Of a stretch of DNA of 64,000 nucleotides, positions 28,981 through 38,180 are shown in pieces. Every line of letters begins with the position of its first letter. Position 1 is the first letter of the stretch. The translations under genes and the position numbers were made by a program. The notes beneath the pieces were generated by a model, which was not told where the DNA came from, searched no databases, and was given only the letters and a program-made list of their open reading frames with translations. Source of the DNA: Candidatus Woesebacteria bacterium GW2011_GWF1_31_35 (lineage in GTDB: Bacteria > Patescibacteriota > Microgenomatia > UBA8517); assembly GCA_001029755.1 (NCBI GenBank), contig CP011214.1, positions 493,767-557,766 of the forward strand, written 5' to 3'.

Positions 28981-29043
28981 ATATGATATTTAAACGATTT
29001 AACCTATTGATTTCAAGTCCTAAAATATGCAATTATTAAAGAT

Positions 29044-29649
29044 ATGCCAGAAGAAGAGGTAAAGATTGTGGGTCTTTCTAAAGAAAAAGTTGGAGGGAAA
29101 GTTAATTTTAAGATTATTTTTGCAATAATTGGAATTGTTGTTTTAGCTTTAGGGATAGTTGCTGGAATTATTTTAGTTCGTGAGCAACAAAATATATCAG
29201 AAGATGCTCAGACATGTAATGAAGAATGTCCAAGTGCAGATGGAGTACTTCGAAACTGTCATCCACCAAATTCAAATGGTTCTGCTCAAGAAAGTGTCTG
29301 TAGTAGTAGTGGGCTGGTCGCTTTTTGCGGATCTAGAAATTATTGCTGTCCTTCAGCTGGAGCTCCGTGGACTACAAATTTAACTTTGTGTGCAACAGAG
29401 GCGCCAACACCTACAGAAACTGCGACAGCCACCACAACATCAACAGGATCAGGTTCTCCAACATCAACTACTAGTACAGGATCAGGAAGTGCATCAGTAA
29501 CACCAACTGGTTTTTCAAGAGCAACACCAACTGCTATAGCTTCTGAAACATCAGCTCCAATACCGGTTACCGGAGCATCTTGGCCAACAATATTGGGTGC
29601 AGGAGTTGGTATTATTGTAGTATTAACTTCACTTCTTTTGGCTTTATAA
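29044..29649 (+). CDS. Hypothetical cell-surface protein (Cys-rich domain, Thr/Ser/Gly linker, C-terminal hydrophobic anchor)
   Basis: N-terminal TM, an 8-Cys module, a TPTETATATTTSTGSGSPTSTT linker and a C-terminal TM. Confidence 0.45.
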   Translation: MPEEEVKIVGLSKEKVGGKVNFKIIFAIIGIVVLALGIVAGIILVREQQNISEDAQTCNEECPSADGVLRNCHPPNSNGSAQESVCSSSGLVAFCGSRNYCCPSAGAPWTTNLTLCATEAPTPTETATATTTSTGSGSPTSTTSTGSGSASVTPTGFSRATPTAIASETSAPIPVTGASWPTILGAGVGIIVVLTSLLLAL

Positions 29650-29680
29650 TAATTAATTGTTTTTTTAATAAATTAAACAA

Positions 29681-30037
29681 ATGGAAAAAGGAATAATAAT
29701 TACGATTGCAACTTTGGTATTAGTGTCAGTTGGTTTTATCATATTTAAACCAAAATTAAATCAAAAAGTTCTAGGTAACAAAACTGAGATAACTTATACT
29801 TTAAATGATGTTTCTACTCATTCAACAACAAATGATTGTTGGACTGTGATTGATAATGGAGTATATGATGTAACAAAATTTATTTCTCAACATCCTGGTG
29901 GAGATAAAATTCTTATGTCTTGTGGAATAAATGCAACAGATTTATTTAATGGAATTTCACCTTTAGGTAGAGTGCATTCAGAAGTTGCCAAAAGGCTTCT
30001 AACTGGTATGAAAATTGGAAATTTTAAGTCTAATTAG
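29681..30037 (+). CDS. Cytochrome b5-like heme/steroid-binding domain protein, membrane anchored
   Basis: DCWTVIDNGVYDVTKFISQHPGGDKIL (HPGG heme-ligand motif). Confidence 0.7.
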   Translation: MEKGIIITIATLVLVSVGFIIFKPKLNQKVLGNKTEITYTLNDVSTHSTTNDCWTVIDNGVYDVTKFISQHPGGDKILMSCGINATDLFNGISPLGRVHSEVAKRLLTGMKIGNFKSN

Positions 30038-30067
30038 AAAGTATCTTCATGTGTTACAATTTAAAAT

Positions 30068-30697
30068 ATGCTAGAAGAAGGTTTAATTTTATCTGTTAAA
30101 AATTTAAATGTTGATTTTAATGGTCATAAAATACTTGATAATTTAAGTCTTGATCTAAAGAGAGATTCAACCTTAGCAATAATAGGACCAAATGGAGCAG
30201 GTAAAACTGTATTTATTAAAACTCTTTTAGGATTAATAAATTATTCAGGAAATATAACTTGGCAGAAAGATGTAAGAATTGGCTATGTCCCACAAAAACT
30301 TTCAGTTTCAAGAGAACTTCCTTTAACAGTATTGGAGTTTTTAATTTTAAAAGAAAAAGATACTAAAAAAATAAATGATATTTTACTTAAAGTTGGATTT
30401 AAACAAAAAGCAGAACATATTCATCATGATATCAGAGTACTAAATACTAAACTTGGTAGTTTATCTGGTGGAGAAGTACAAAGAATTTTAATGGCATATG
30501 CATTACTTGGAAATCCAAATGTATTACTACTAGATGAACCAACTGCGGGAGTTGATATTAAAGGAGAGGAAACTTTCTATGAACTTTTTAAAAATTTAAA
30601 AAAAGATAGTGATTTAACTATTATTTTTATATCACATGACGAAGAAATTGTTACAAAATATGCTGATAATATTATTAAACTAATACATGAACACTAA
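30068..30697 (+). CDS. ABC transporter ATP-binding protein (metal uptake, ZnuC/MntB-like)
   Basis: GPNGAGKT Walker A and LSGGEVQR signature; short 209 aa. Confidence 0.8.
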   Translation: MLEEGLILSVKNLNVDFNGHKILDNLSLDLKRDSTLAIIGPNGAGKTVFIKTLLGLINYSGNITWQKDVRIGYVPQKLSVSRELPLTVLEFLILKEKDTKKINDILLKVGFKQKAEHIHHDIRVLNTKLGSLSGGEVQRILMAYALLGNPNVLLLDEPTAGVDIKGEETFYELFKNLKKDSDLTIIFISHDEEIVTKYADNIIKLIHEH

Positions 30698-31454
30698 TCT
30701 AATATTCTTAATTATTTTAGGAGGATTAATAGGAGCATCATCAGGATATCTTGGGTCTTTTATGGTTTTAAAAAGAATGTCTTTAGTGGGGGATGCACTT
30801 TCCCATGTTGCTCTTCCTGGTATTGCTATTGCATTGATTTTAGGTATAAATCCAATGTTAGGAGCAATCTTGGCTTTAACTTTAGCAATAGTTGGAATAT
30901 GGTACTTAGGTGAAAAATCTCAAATATATCCTGAAGCTTTGGTTGGAATATTTTTTACGGGAAGCTTGGCAATTGGTATTTTATTAACTCCAGAACCTGA
31001 AATGTTTGAGGCTTTATTTGGAAATATTGATAAGATAACAAATCTTGATGGATTAATAATTATATTAGGAACGGTTATAATTTTTGTTTTAACAAAGTTA
31101 ATTTCAAAAAAATTAATGTTGGGAATTGTTTCAGAAGATTTGGCTAAATCACAAAAAATAAATATTTCTAAAGTAAATTTAACTTATTTATTATTAGTAG
31201 GATTAGTTGTTACTTTGGGAGTTAAGTTTTTAGGGACTTTATTAACTGGAGCATTAGTTATTATTCCTGCAGTTACAGCCAGAAATATTTCAAAAAGTAT
31301 TAAAAGTTTTCATATTTTATCAGTTGTTTTTGGAATAATAGCAGCTACATTTGGAATTTTAATTGCAAAAATATTAGGAATTCCATCTGGCCCAATTGTA
31401 GTTTTGGTTGGAATTTTTCTTTTTTTATTTAGTTTTCTTTTACGTAGCAAATAA
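30687..31454 (+). CDS. ABC-3 family metal transporter permease (ZnuB-like)
   Basis: 8-TM profile typical of ABC-3; overlaps the ATPase gene. Confidence 0.7.
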   Translation: MNTNLIFLIILGGLIGASSGYLGSFMVLKRMSLVGDALSHVALPGIAIALILGINPMLGAILALTLAIVGIWYLGEKSQIYPEALVGIFFTGSLAIGILLTPEPEMFEALFGNIDKITNLDGLIIILGTVIIFVLTKLISKKLMLGIVSEDLAKSQKINISKVNLTYLLLVGLVVTLGVKFLGTLLTGALVIIPAVTARNISKSIKSFHILSVVFGIIAATFGILIAKILGIPSGPIVVLVGIFLFLFSFLLRSK

Positions 31455-31481
31455 TTTTCTTCAAGTGTAAAATACACATAT

Positions 31482-31540
31482 GTCATTATCTGTAGGGACG
31501 CGTATTTTACCGCCCCACAATTTGATTTTTACTTCAAAGT
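31482..31540 (+). repeat. Copy A of a ~55-nt direct repeat (hairpin plus T-rich tail), left flank of the radical-SAM cassette
   Basis: GTCAT...GGGACGCGTATTTTACCGCCCCACAATTTGATTTTTACTTCAAAGT is about 80% identical to copy B at 34266-34328. Confidence 0.6.
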
Positions 31541-31668
31541 AACGCTACCCAAGGCTAGAAAGGAAAGAGAAATAGTTGAGCGAGACTGTTTAGGTGGGAT
31601 TTTAGCTTCAAGAGTGCCAGAAGATAAATACCACACACCTGAACTCACTATATATTAAGAAAATCTTT

Positions 31669-32796
31669 TCAGATAAAGACATCGTTAGTCTGAGGTGTAC
31701 GTATCATGTAAGGTAGAAGATTAATTCCTTGTTCGTGGCCATTAGCTAAAAGATGAAGCAACAAATTTGATTCATGTCGAATGCAATAAAATGGGCAAGT
31801 TTTTTTTGGGTTAATAGATTTAGCTTTTTCTACACGAGCAGTAGAATTCCAATAGTCTTTAAAATTTATTTCTATTGAACCGATTTTTTCGTTTTCATGT
31901 CCGCGTTTGTATGGGCAGGGGTAAATTCCTTTAGGAGTTACAACAGTTCTTAATTCAACACTTGGACAAGTTTGGTAATCTTTTGGTTGATTTGGAAACT
32001 TGTTTGTTAACAAGTAATCAGTGGATTTTGGCGAAATAACTTGAAATTCATTAGTATTTAATGCCTCCAACAATGGAGTTTGTCTTACTATCTCAGATTT
32101 AGTATTTATGGATAAGGGTATGAGGTTGTGGTGTGCATCTACTGCTGGTTTATATTCAAAATAATCACAACCAAGATCTCTGGCCAATTTAGCAGCAACA
32201 AAAAGTTCTTGCACATTTGTTTTAGGTCGAGCATTGGGTAAATTTCTTTCAATTAATAAAAAGCTATATCCAAGAATACCTTTTTTTACTTTTGCGAGAG
32301 TCTCAATGTTTGCAGTTGTTTTTGAGAATGAATTGAGAATGTGTGATGGCCGAAATTTAGAATATGTTTCCTGTGTCCCCGCATCCATTGAGACACGTGT
32401 CCACTGTACACATTCAGCTATTTCGTTGGTATATCTATTCATAAGTGAACCGTTTGTTGTAAGACCGACAGAAATTCCTAACTCATACGCTTTGATAATT
32501 GGTTCTGGCATCGATTTATGAGTAAGTGGTTCACCTCCACCAATGAATATAATTCCTTTAACATCTGTATCGTGAAATTCGTCTATCAATCCAGTCAATC
32601 TTTCGTCTTCAATACCACCTTTATTAAGAAGATTGGCGTTTATACATTCAGGACATGAGAAATTGCATGCCGTAGTCGGATCTAGTTCTACAACTAATGG
32701 ACCTGATGTTTGTCGTTTTTCAATATATTCTTCAACTCTAGGTAAGAGGTTCGGTTGTAGCATTTTATGTGTAAAATTTAATACTTCAATTGACAT
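31669..32796 (-). CDS. Radical SAM enzyme with Cys-rich C-terminal region
   Basis: CNFSCPEC (CxxxCxxC) cluster, GGGEPL SAM motif, extra C-terminal cysteines (CPSVEL, CPYKRG, CPFYC). Confidence 0.75.
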   Translation of the reverse strand: MSIEVLNFTHKMLQPNLLPRVEEYIEKRQTSGPLVVELDPTTACNFSCPECINANLLNKGGIEDERLTGLIDEFHDTDVKGIIFIGGGEPLTHKSMPEPIIKAYELGISVGLTTNGSLMNRYTNEIAECVQWTRVSMDAGTQETYSKFRPSHILNSFSKTTANIETLAKVKKGILGYSFLLIERNLPNARPKTNVQELFVAAKLARDLGCDYFEYKPAVDAHHNLIPLSINTKSEIVRQTPLLEALNTNEFQVISPKSTDYLLTNKFPNQPKDYQTCPSVELRTVVTPKGIYPCPYKRGHENEKIGSIEINFKDYWNSTARVEKAKSINPKKTCPFYCIRHESNLLLHLLANGHEQGINLLPYMIRTPQTNDVFI

Positions 32797-33865
32797 GGCT
32801 ATTTAATTTATTCACTATAACACCATCGTTCGATGGTTTTGTTACATAAACCTTAACAGGTAATTCTTTTAGGGAATTAGTGACTTGTTTTGTATTACAA
32901 TTTGGAACTAGCGCAAAAGTACACCCTCCCATGCCTGTACCAGTTAATTTTGCACCAATGGCACCATATTTTAGCGATCTTGAAATACACTCTTCAATGA
33001 GATTTGTTGAAACTCCCATATAATCACGCATTAGAGTGTGACAGTGTGAAATTGAAGATCCAAGCTTATTTGCATCAATTACTTTTCCATCTAGAATATT
33101 TTTCATTTCGTTTATAGCATCATTTGTTGTATTGACATATTTCATTATTAGAGTTTCCTTGTTTGCATATCTTATGCGTTTTTTTCTTATAACATCTGCT
33201 GTATTTCTTGGTGTGAGAGTATCGACAATCACTATATCAAATCCGTCAGGGAGAACAAATTTTTCAATATTTTTTGGGGGTATAGTTGAACTATCTAAAT
33301 ATATCAAACCACCAATTCCGCATGAATACATATCCATTTGACCTGCCCCTGTTCTTAACTCCTCGGACTCGATTTTATAAGCTAGATCGCAAATGGTTGT
33401 TGTGTCCAAAATTGATCCATAAAAGTTTGCAATCGCAGCAACACTAGCAACTGAAACTGCAGCACTGCTACTTAGTCCAGCTTTTGCAGGAAGATTGCTT
33501 GTAATCTCTATAGTAATTGGATATGTTTTAATACCTAAATCACTAATTACTTTTATTGCAGCATTTGTATAATCCAACACATGGTGTGAATAATTACCGA
33601 TTTGATCTTTTAATAAATCTATCTCAGAGTTTAATGAGCCTTTAGTTTTTAATTTGAATACATCATTATTGTTTGATACTGAAGCTTTAGTTTTTAAATC
33701 AATGGCACACAAAATCGAAGGACCTGTTATCCAGTCAATATCTTCTCCTGCCAAACAAATTCTTCCTGGCGTCGTGGCTTCAATTTCCTGAAACATTTTA
33801 TATAGATTTGGCAGGAATTTTGTCGTCCTTAAAAATTTGTGAATTGTTGTTTCCAGTGAGAACAA
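32786..33865 (-). CDS. GHMP-family sugar kinase (galactokinase-like signature)
   Basis: GRICLAGEDIDW resembles the galactokinase signature GRxNLIGEHxDY; PAKAGLSSSAA GHMP ATP-binding motif. Confidence 0.7.
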   Translation of the reverse strand: MFSLETTIHKFLRTTKFLPNLYKMFQEIEATTPGRICLAGEDIDWITGPSILCAIDLKTKASVSNNNDVFKLKTKGSLNSEIDLLKDQIGNYSHHVLDYTNAAIKVISDLGIKTYPITIEITSNLPAKAGLSSSAAVSVASVAAIANFYGSILDTTTICDLAYKIESEELRTGAGQMDMYSCGIGGLIYLDSSTIPPKNIEKFVLPDGFDIVIVDTLTPRNTADVIRKKRIRYANKETLIMKYVNTTNDAINEMKNILDGKVIDANKLGSSISHCHTLMRDYMGVSTNLIEECISRSLKYGAIGAKLTGTGMGGCTFALVPNCNTKQVTNSLKELPVKVYVTKPSNDGVIVNKLNSHVN

Positions 33866-34178
33866 GTTTTATAACAACAAAAATCGCGGTTTTATCGTTG
33901 GTGTTTGCAAAAGTGTGTATGCTATTTTCTACACGAATTAAGTCTCCCTTTTGCACAGTTTCCTTTTTTTCTGTTTCTTTTTCTAACCATCTTATTTCCA
34001 GAGACCCATCAATTATAAATATCAACTCTTCTACGACATTGTGCGAGTGCCATTCTTGGGTTGTTCCCGCAGGAATTTCATTATAGTGAAGTTCGTATTC
34101 TGGTTGAAGGTAATAGTCTACCTGGGTGCCATCAGGTTTTTTCCTATGAATAGCATTTAGTCGATTTATAATTTCCAT
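33798..34178 (-). CDS. Cupin-fold protein
   Basis: WHSHNVVEEL (HxH...E) and GDLIRVENSIHTFAN cupin motifs. Confidence 0.6.
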   Translation of the reverse strand: MEIINRLNAIHRKKPDGTQVDYYLQPEYELHYNEIPAGTTQEWHSHNVVEELIFIIDGSLEIRWLEKETEKKETVQKGDLIRVENSIHTFANTNDKTAIFVVIKLVLTGNNNSQIFKDDKIPAKSI

Positions 34179-34265
34179 TATTAAAAGCTGAGCCTAAGTT
34201 TACTACTTTTTGTTTGTAAAATCAAACCCCTATAGGGTGTGTTTAATCTGTTATAATTACGTTAT

Positions 34266-34328
34266 GTCATCGCTTTCTTGTGGGACACTCATTTCACCGT
34301 CCCAACTTTTGATTTTCACTTCAAGTTT
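34266..34328 (+). repeat. Copy B of the ~55-nt direct repeat, right flank of the radical-SAM cassette
   Basis: GTCAT...GGGACACTCATTTCACCGTCCCAACTTTTGATTTTCACTTCAAGTT; perfect GGGAC/GTCCC stem followed by a T-rich tract. Confidence 0.6.
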
Positions 34329-34450
34329 AAGATTCCGGAGCCAAATAAAGACAGGTTGATTTTAGAAAGAGATAATTTGGGAAGAATAATTCATTCAGAG
34401 CTTCTTTTTAACCAAATTAAAGAAGATGTAATTGATAGTTTATAAAAATT

Positions 34451-35083
34451 TTGTATAATCATTATATGATTAACGAGGAAGAACAAGGGACGAACTCTCA
34501 GCAATCAGAAAAACCATCTGCTTCAGAAATATTTAGTGGAAAGGATGTTGTAATTGGAAGAGAATTAGTAGAACTTCTTATTGCAGACGAGGTAGGAGTT
34601 CCTGTTTATTATCACAATTATCAGAATTTAGATAAAAAGATTAATGTAATGGTAGATAGAGAGGTGGGAAATGAAGACTATTCTGTAAGACAGAAAGAGG
34701 AAAATCATGACCAGCTTTTAGGAATAATTATTCCTACAGCTGATGCCAAAGACCAGTTTATATATATAGGTATCATGGAAGACGATTTTGTTTTTCAAGC
34801 AGGTAGCGATCTTCAAGCTGAATTTAACCCAGAGTCGAATGTTAGATATACATTTGGTTGGCAAAGATTTGGCGACAGAATTGCTCAGCATGAGAATGAT
34901 TCTACAACCCCAGAACGCTATAAATTAGAGATTCTGTTCAAAGCTCATGAAGACTCCCAAAGATTTGATACGAAAGTTTTGGAGGCAGTAGAAAAAAGAA
35001 GACAAATTCATGAAGCGATACGAAAATCGAGAACTGAAATAAGGCAAAATCTCAAAGACAAACTTTTTGGTGGATCTAGTTAA
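34451..35083 (+). CDS. Hypothetical soluble protein (island cargo)
   Basis: 210-aa ORF, acidic, with no recognisable motif. Confidence 0.45.
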   Translation: MYNHYMINEEEQGTNSQQSEKPSASEIFSGKDVVIGRELVELLIADEVGVPVYYHNYQNLDKKINVMVDREVGNEDYSVRQKEENHDQLLGIIIPTADAKDQFIYIGIMEDDFVFQAGSDLQAEFNPESNVRYTFGWQRFGDRIAQHENDSTTPERYKLEILFKAHEDSQRFDTKVLEAVEKRRQIHEAIRKSRTEIRQNLKDKLFGGSS

Positions 35084-35303
35084 CAATCTTCGTGTTAAAA
35101 TACTCTCATGTCAGCCTTAAAAGTCGGGATATACAGTTCACTATTCCAAAAATAGAATTTGCTTCATCTTTTATACTTCCGTTGCCTCGTAAAGCTAGGT
35201 TTATAACACAAAGAGATTGCTTGGGTAGAATTTTAAACTCAAAAATACCTCCAACTATATATAATTATCGGTCAACATAATAAGAATTTAAGGTGTAAAA
35301 TGT

Positions 35304-35852
35304 TTGTGTATGGAGGCACCATTTGGAATAATTTTTCTTAAAAAGGCAGAATTGTTTAATTTAGTTTCAAGGTTTGATAAACAATATGGTGGTTCGCCTA
35401 GCAATAATCCTTGGTTGATTGAAAAACAAATCTTAAGATGGACATATGGACACCATAAACATCTGGGTAGTCCAATAAAGACAGAGCATTTATCGTTAGG
35501 TTCTCAGAATAACAAACTTCATGATTTTAAAATGATTGATTCAAAAGGTGGACTGAGGTCGCAATTTAAATATTTAGAAAAAAACAGTTTAACTAAGCCT
35601 CTGGAAAACTTGGTTGTAAGGGGGTTTGCCAATTATTTTAACGAGTCAGAAGGACATAATGCTATTGTCATAAACAAAGATGGTTTACTTGTAGGAGAAG
35701 TAATTGCTGACATGGAAAAGGACAATATTTTTATTAAAGCAAATTATCTCTTTTATAGTCATATGATGGATCATCTTGGTGCCACTGTAATGATGATTGT
35801 TACAACAATAGGTCTGATAAAGTTATTTATCAGTTTTTTTTATGTCAAATAA
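35304..35852 (+). CDS. Hypothetical protein with C-terminal TM helix (island cargo)
   Basis: 182-aa ORF overlapping the next gene by 11 nt. Confidence 0.4.
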   Translation: MCMEAPFGIIFLKKAELFNLVSRFDKQYGGSPSNNPWLIEKQILRWTYGHHKHLGSPIKTEHLSLGSQNNKLHDFKMIDSKGGLRSQFKYLEKNSLTKPLENLVVRGFANYFNESEGHNAIVINKDGLLVGEVIADMEKDNIFIKANYLFYSHMMDHLGATVMMIVTTIGLIKLFISFFYVK

Positions 35853-36534
35853 AATTCAACCCATAACAGACTATTTTTTATCATTATCAGCTAATCCTAT
35901 TGTTAAGGCTCTTTCACAAATCAGCGTATTTACGGCACCAGTTAATTCACTTTTTTCTGGTGAATATAGTCGTCTTAAAGAAGAAGAACTCTTAACTGTT
36001 GTTCATTCGTTACATTCAAAAATTCAAACAATTGAGCAGAGGTTTATTGATAAGGACTTCTTTTCTTCATATGACGGAAAAAGAGCTTTTGGTATGGCAT
36101 TTTCATCTTTATTAAAGGATTCTAGAAAGCAAAAATTAGAAGCTATGTCCAATCTGTTGGTAAATCTGAGTTTAAAATCAAATGTGTCTTATGATGAACG
36201 ACTTTTATTTTTGGATATATTAGATAGTCTTAACCCGTTTCAACTTACTGTTTTAGGAAGAATATATGAATTTAATAAAGAAAATAGACCAAATTTAAGA
36301 AAAATAGAACCTTCTGGTATTGCAGATTATTTTGCAGATAAGGGAATTGATAGACAATTAACACTCCAAGCAATATCTATCCTTGCAAACAATTATATTT
36401 TAAATAGAGATTCTAGCCCTGTATTAGGAGGGGGAGGGTTAACCCATCATTTTACGGATTTTGGTGAAAAATTTTATATATTTATCTCAACAGTATTGGA
36501 TAAAAATAGTGAGTATCTAAAGATAACTAGTTAG
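35842..36534 (+). CDS. Hypothetical protein (island cargo; weak resemblance to Abi-type proteins)
   Basis: 230-aa ORF translationally coupled to the upstream gene; no confident motif. Confidence 0.4.
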   Translation: MSNKIQPITDYFLSLSANPIVKALSQISVFTAPVNSLFSGEYSRLKEEELLTVVHSLHSKIQTIEQRFIDKDFFSSYDGKRAFGMAFSSLLKDSRKQKLEAMSNLLVNLSLKSNVSYDERLLFLDILDSLNPFQLTVLGRIYEFNKENRPNLRKIEPSGIADYFADKGIDRQLTLQAISILANNYILNRDSSPVLGGGGLTHHFTDFGEKFYIFISTVLDKNSEYLKITS

Positions 36535-36748
36535 GTTTGATATCCAACAATTTTGACAATGTTGTATCCAATGCTCTGGCTATATTGTATGCTGTTCTAA
36601 TAGATATATTCCTTCCCTTTTCAATATCCCAGAAATATGCTCTATGTAAGTTTGATTTTTCAGCTAGTTGTTCTTGGGTCATTCCCTTTTCCTTGCGTAG
36701 CCATTCAATTCTTTCACCTAACTTTCTGTAAATAGGTTTGTAATTCAT
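36527..36748 (-). CDS. XRE-family helix-turn-helix transcriptional regulator
   Basis: LRKEKGMTQEQLAEKSNLHRAYFWDIEKG is a canonical XRE/Cro-CI HTH. Confidence 0.8.
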   Translation of the reverse strand: MNYKPIYRKLGERIEWLRKEKGMTQEQLAEKSNLHRAYFWDIEKGRNISIRTAYNIARALDTTLSKLLDIKPN

Positions 36749-36863
36749 ACCCTAAGGGTAGTAGATTCCAAAATAAATCTTTACCAGATATATCTTGCTT
36801 TTATAGTCGTTGGAGGCGTATTATCAAGATAACATGTTCTGTTATCAGAATACTTAGATAGAT

Positions 36864-37556
36864 ATGGAAGAAATACGATTTTCAAAAAATAATGCAAAAA
36901 AATTTAGAAATATTTGGCTTGTAAGTTTATTGCTCTTTGTAGTTTCTATAATAGGTATGCTTTCAAATATTGCCACCGATAATACTGGCACATATTTTGG
37001 TCTGTTTACGCTCATTTTATCCCTTTCTGTTATCGTTGGTTCTTTGTCATTTGTTATATGGATATACAAAATAGGAAATAAAATAATTAAGAATATTATT
37101 AAGATTCTTGGAATGCTAACGGGAAGTATATTTTTTCTTATGATTTTATGGATGATCCTTTTTCGCTATGCGATTGTTGATGGAAGTTCAATGGAGCCAT
37201 CATATAAACACAATGAAATATATCTTGTTAGTAAGTTCGCCCTCAAATCTAGTGATCCTAAACGAGGAGATGTAGTTGATTATTACTTTATTAATAAAAA
37301 TAATGAGAGGATGGGTAGAATAGTGGGTTTACCACACGAAACCATTCTTGTAGCCTCTGACGAGCTTACAGTTGACGGTAATAAGCTTGATGAACCTTAT
37401 GTTGATTGGAGTGAATGGACCAAGGGAAGAGAAGAAAACATCACCCTTAAAGACGGCGAGTTTCTAGTGCTTTTTGATAAAAGGGGTGGGGACATGCAAG
37501 TTATTAAAAAAGAAAACATAATAGGTAAATTTATATTCAAGCTATACGCTAAATGA
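36864..37556 (+). CDS. Signal peptidase I (S26 family)
   Basis: DGSSMEPS catalytic Ser box and GDVVDYYF; two N-terminal TM helices. Confidence 0.7.
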   Translation: MEEIRFSKNNAKKFRNIWLVSLLLFVVSIIGMLSNIATDNTGTYFGLFTLILSLSVIVGSLSFVIWIYKIGNKIIKNIIKILGMLTGSIFFLMILWMILFRYAIVDGSSMEPSYKHNEIYLVSKFALKSSDPKRGDVVDYYFINKNNERMGRIVGLPHETILVASDELTVDGNKLDEPYVDWSEWTKGREENITLKDGEFLVLFDKRGGDMQVIKKENIIGKFIFKLYAK

Positions 37557-38173
37557 AATCTATCTTCAAAAAGTTTTTTTCAGAAATAAAAAGAATGGCA
37601 GATAATTATAGTTCATTAATTTTAATACTGATTTTAATTGTGCTTATTGCTCCTTATGCATTTCAGTTAACAAACAAGTTAAAAAATAATTATGTTTTAA
37701 ATAAAAGGTTCAAGGTAGAACTGAGGGAAAGAGAAATTGAAAAGCTTAAACAAGAAAATGTTAATAACAAAATCAATAATCTAATCCAACAATACAATAT
37801 TGAAACACTTACGAGTGGTGGGTTTGTAAAACTATTATATGAATATTTGGATGCTAAATCAGATATTGAAAGATATTACAAAGATTATAACCTGTCTTGC
37901 GCAGACTTAGCCAATGGAGTGGAATATAAATCTGACTCCACTTTTTTTAATGATATAGACTTCTCTAGATTTACACGAGATATTGCTATTGAAAATTGTC
38001 AGATAGCTAATTCAACAAAAGGTCATTATGAACAATTTATTAAAGAAAAAGGTTTGATTGAAAAACTTATTTCTGAAAACCAAAATAATACAGATCTAGA
38101 AATCAGAGATTTTATATCAAACATTTCTAGACAATTAGTATCCATAAACTTAAAATTGAGTCTATTAGATTAA
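37553..38173 (+). CDS. Hypothetical membrane-anchored coiled-coil protein
   Basis: N-terminal TM, a coiled-coil stretch, 4-nt overlap with the signal peptidase gene. Confidence 0.4.
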   Translation: MKSIFKKFFSEIKRMADNYSSLILILILIVLIAPYAFQLTNKLKNNYVLNKRFKVELREREIEKLKQENVNNKINNLIQQYNIETLTSGGFVKLLYEYLDAKSDIERYYKDYNLSCADLANGVEYKSDSTFFNDIDFSRFTRDIAIENCQIANSTKGHYEQFIKEKGLIEKLISENQNNTDLEIRDFISNISRQLVSINLKLSLLD

Positions 38174-38180
38174 CGAAATT

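Noticed and set aside
35092-35280. 62-aa ORF between island genes
   Set aside because: No start context, and an odd composition with an N-terminal MLKYSHVSLKSRDIQF stretch. It is more likely intergenic or promoter sequence for the 35304 gene.
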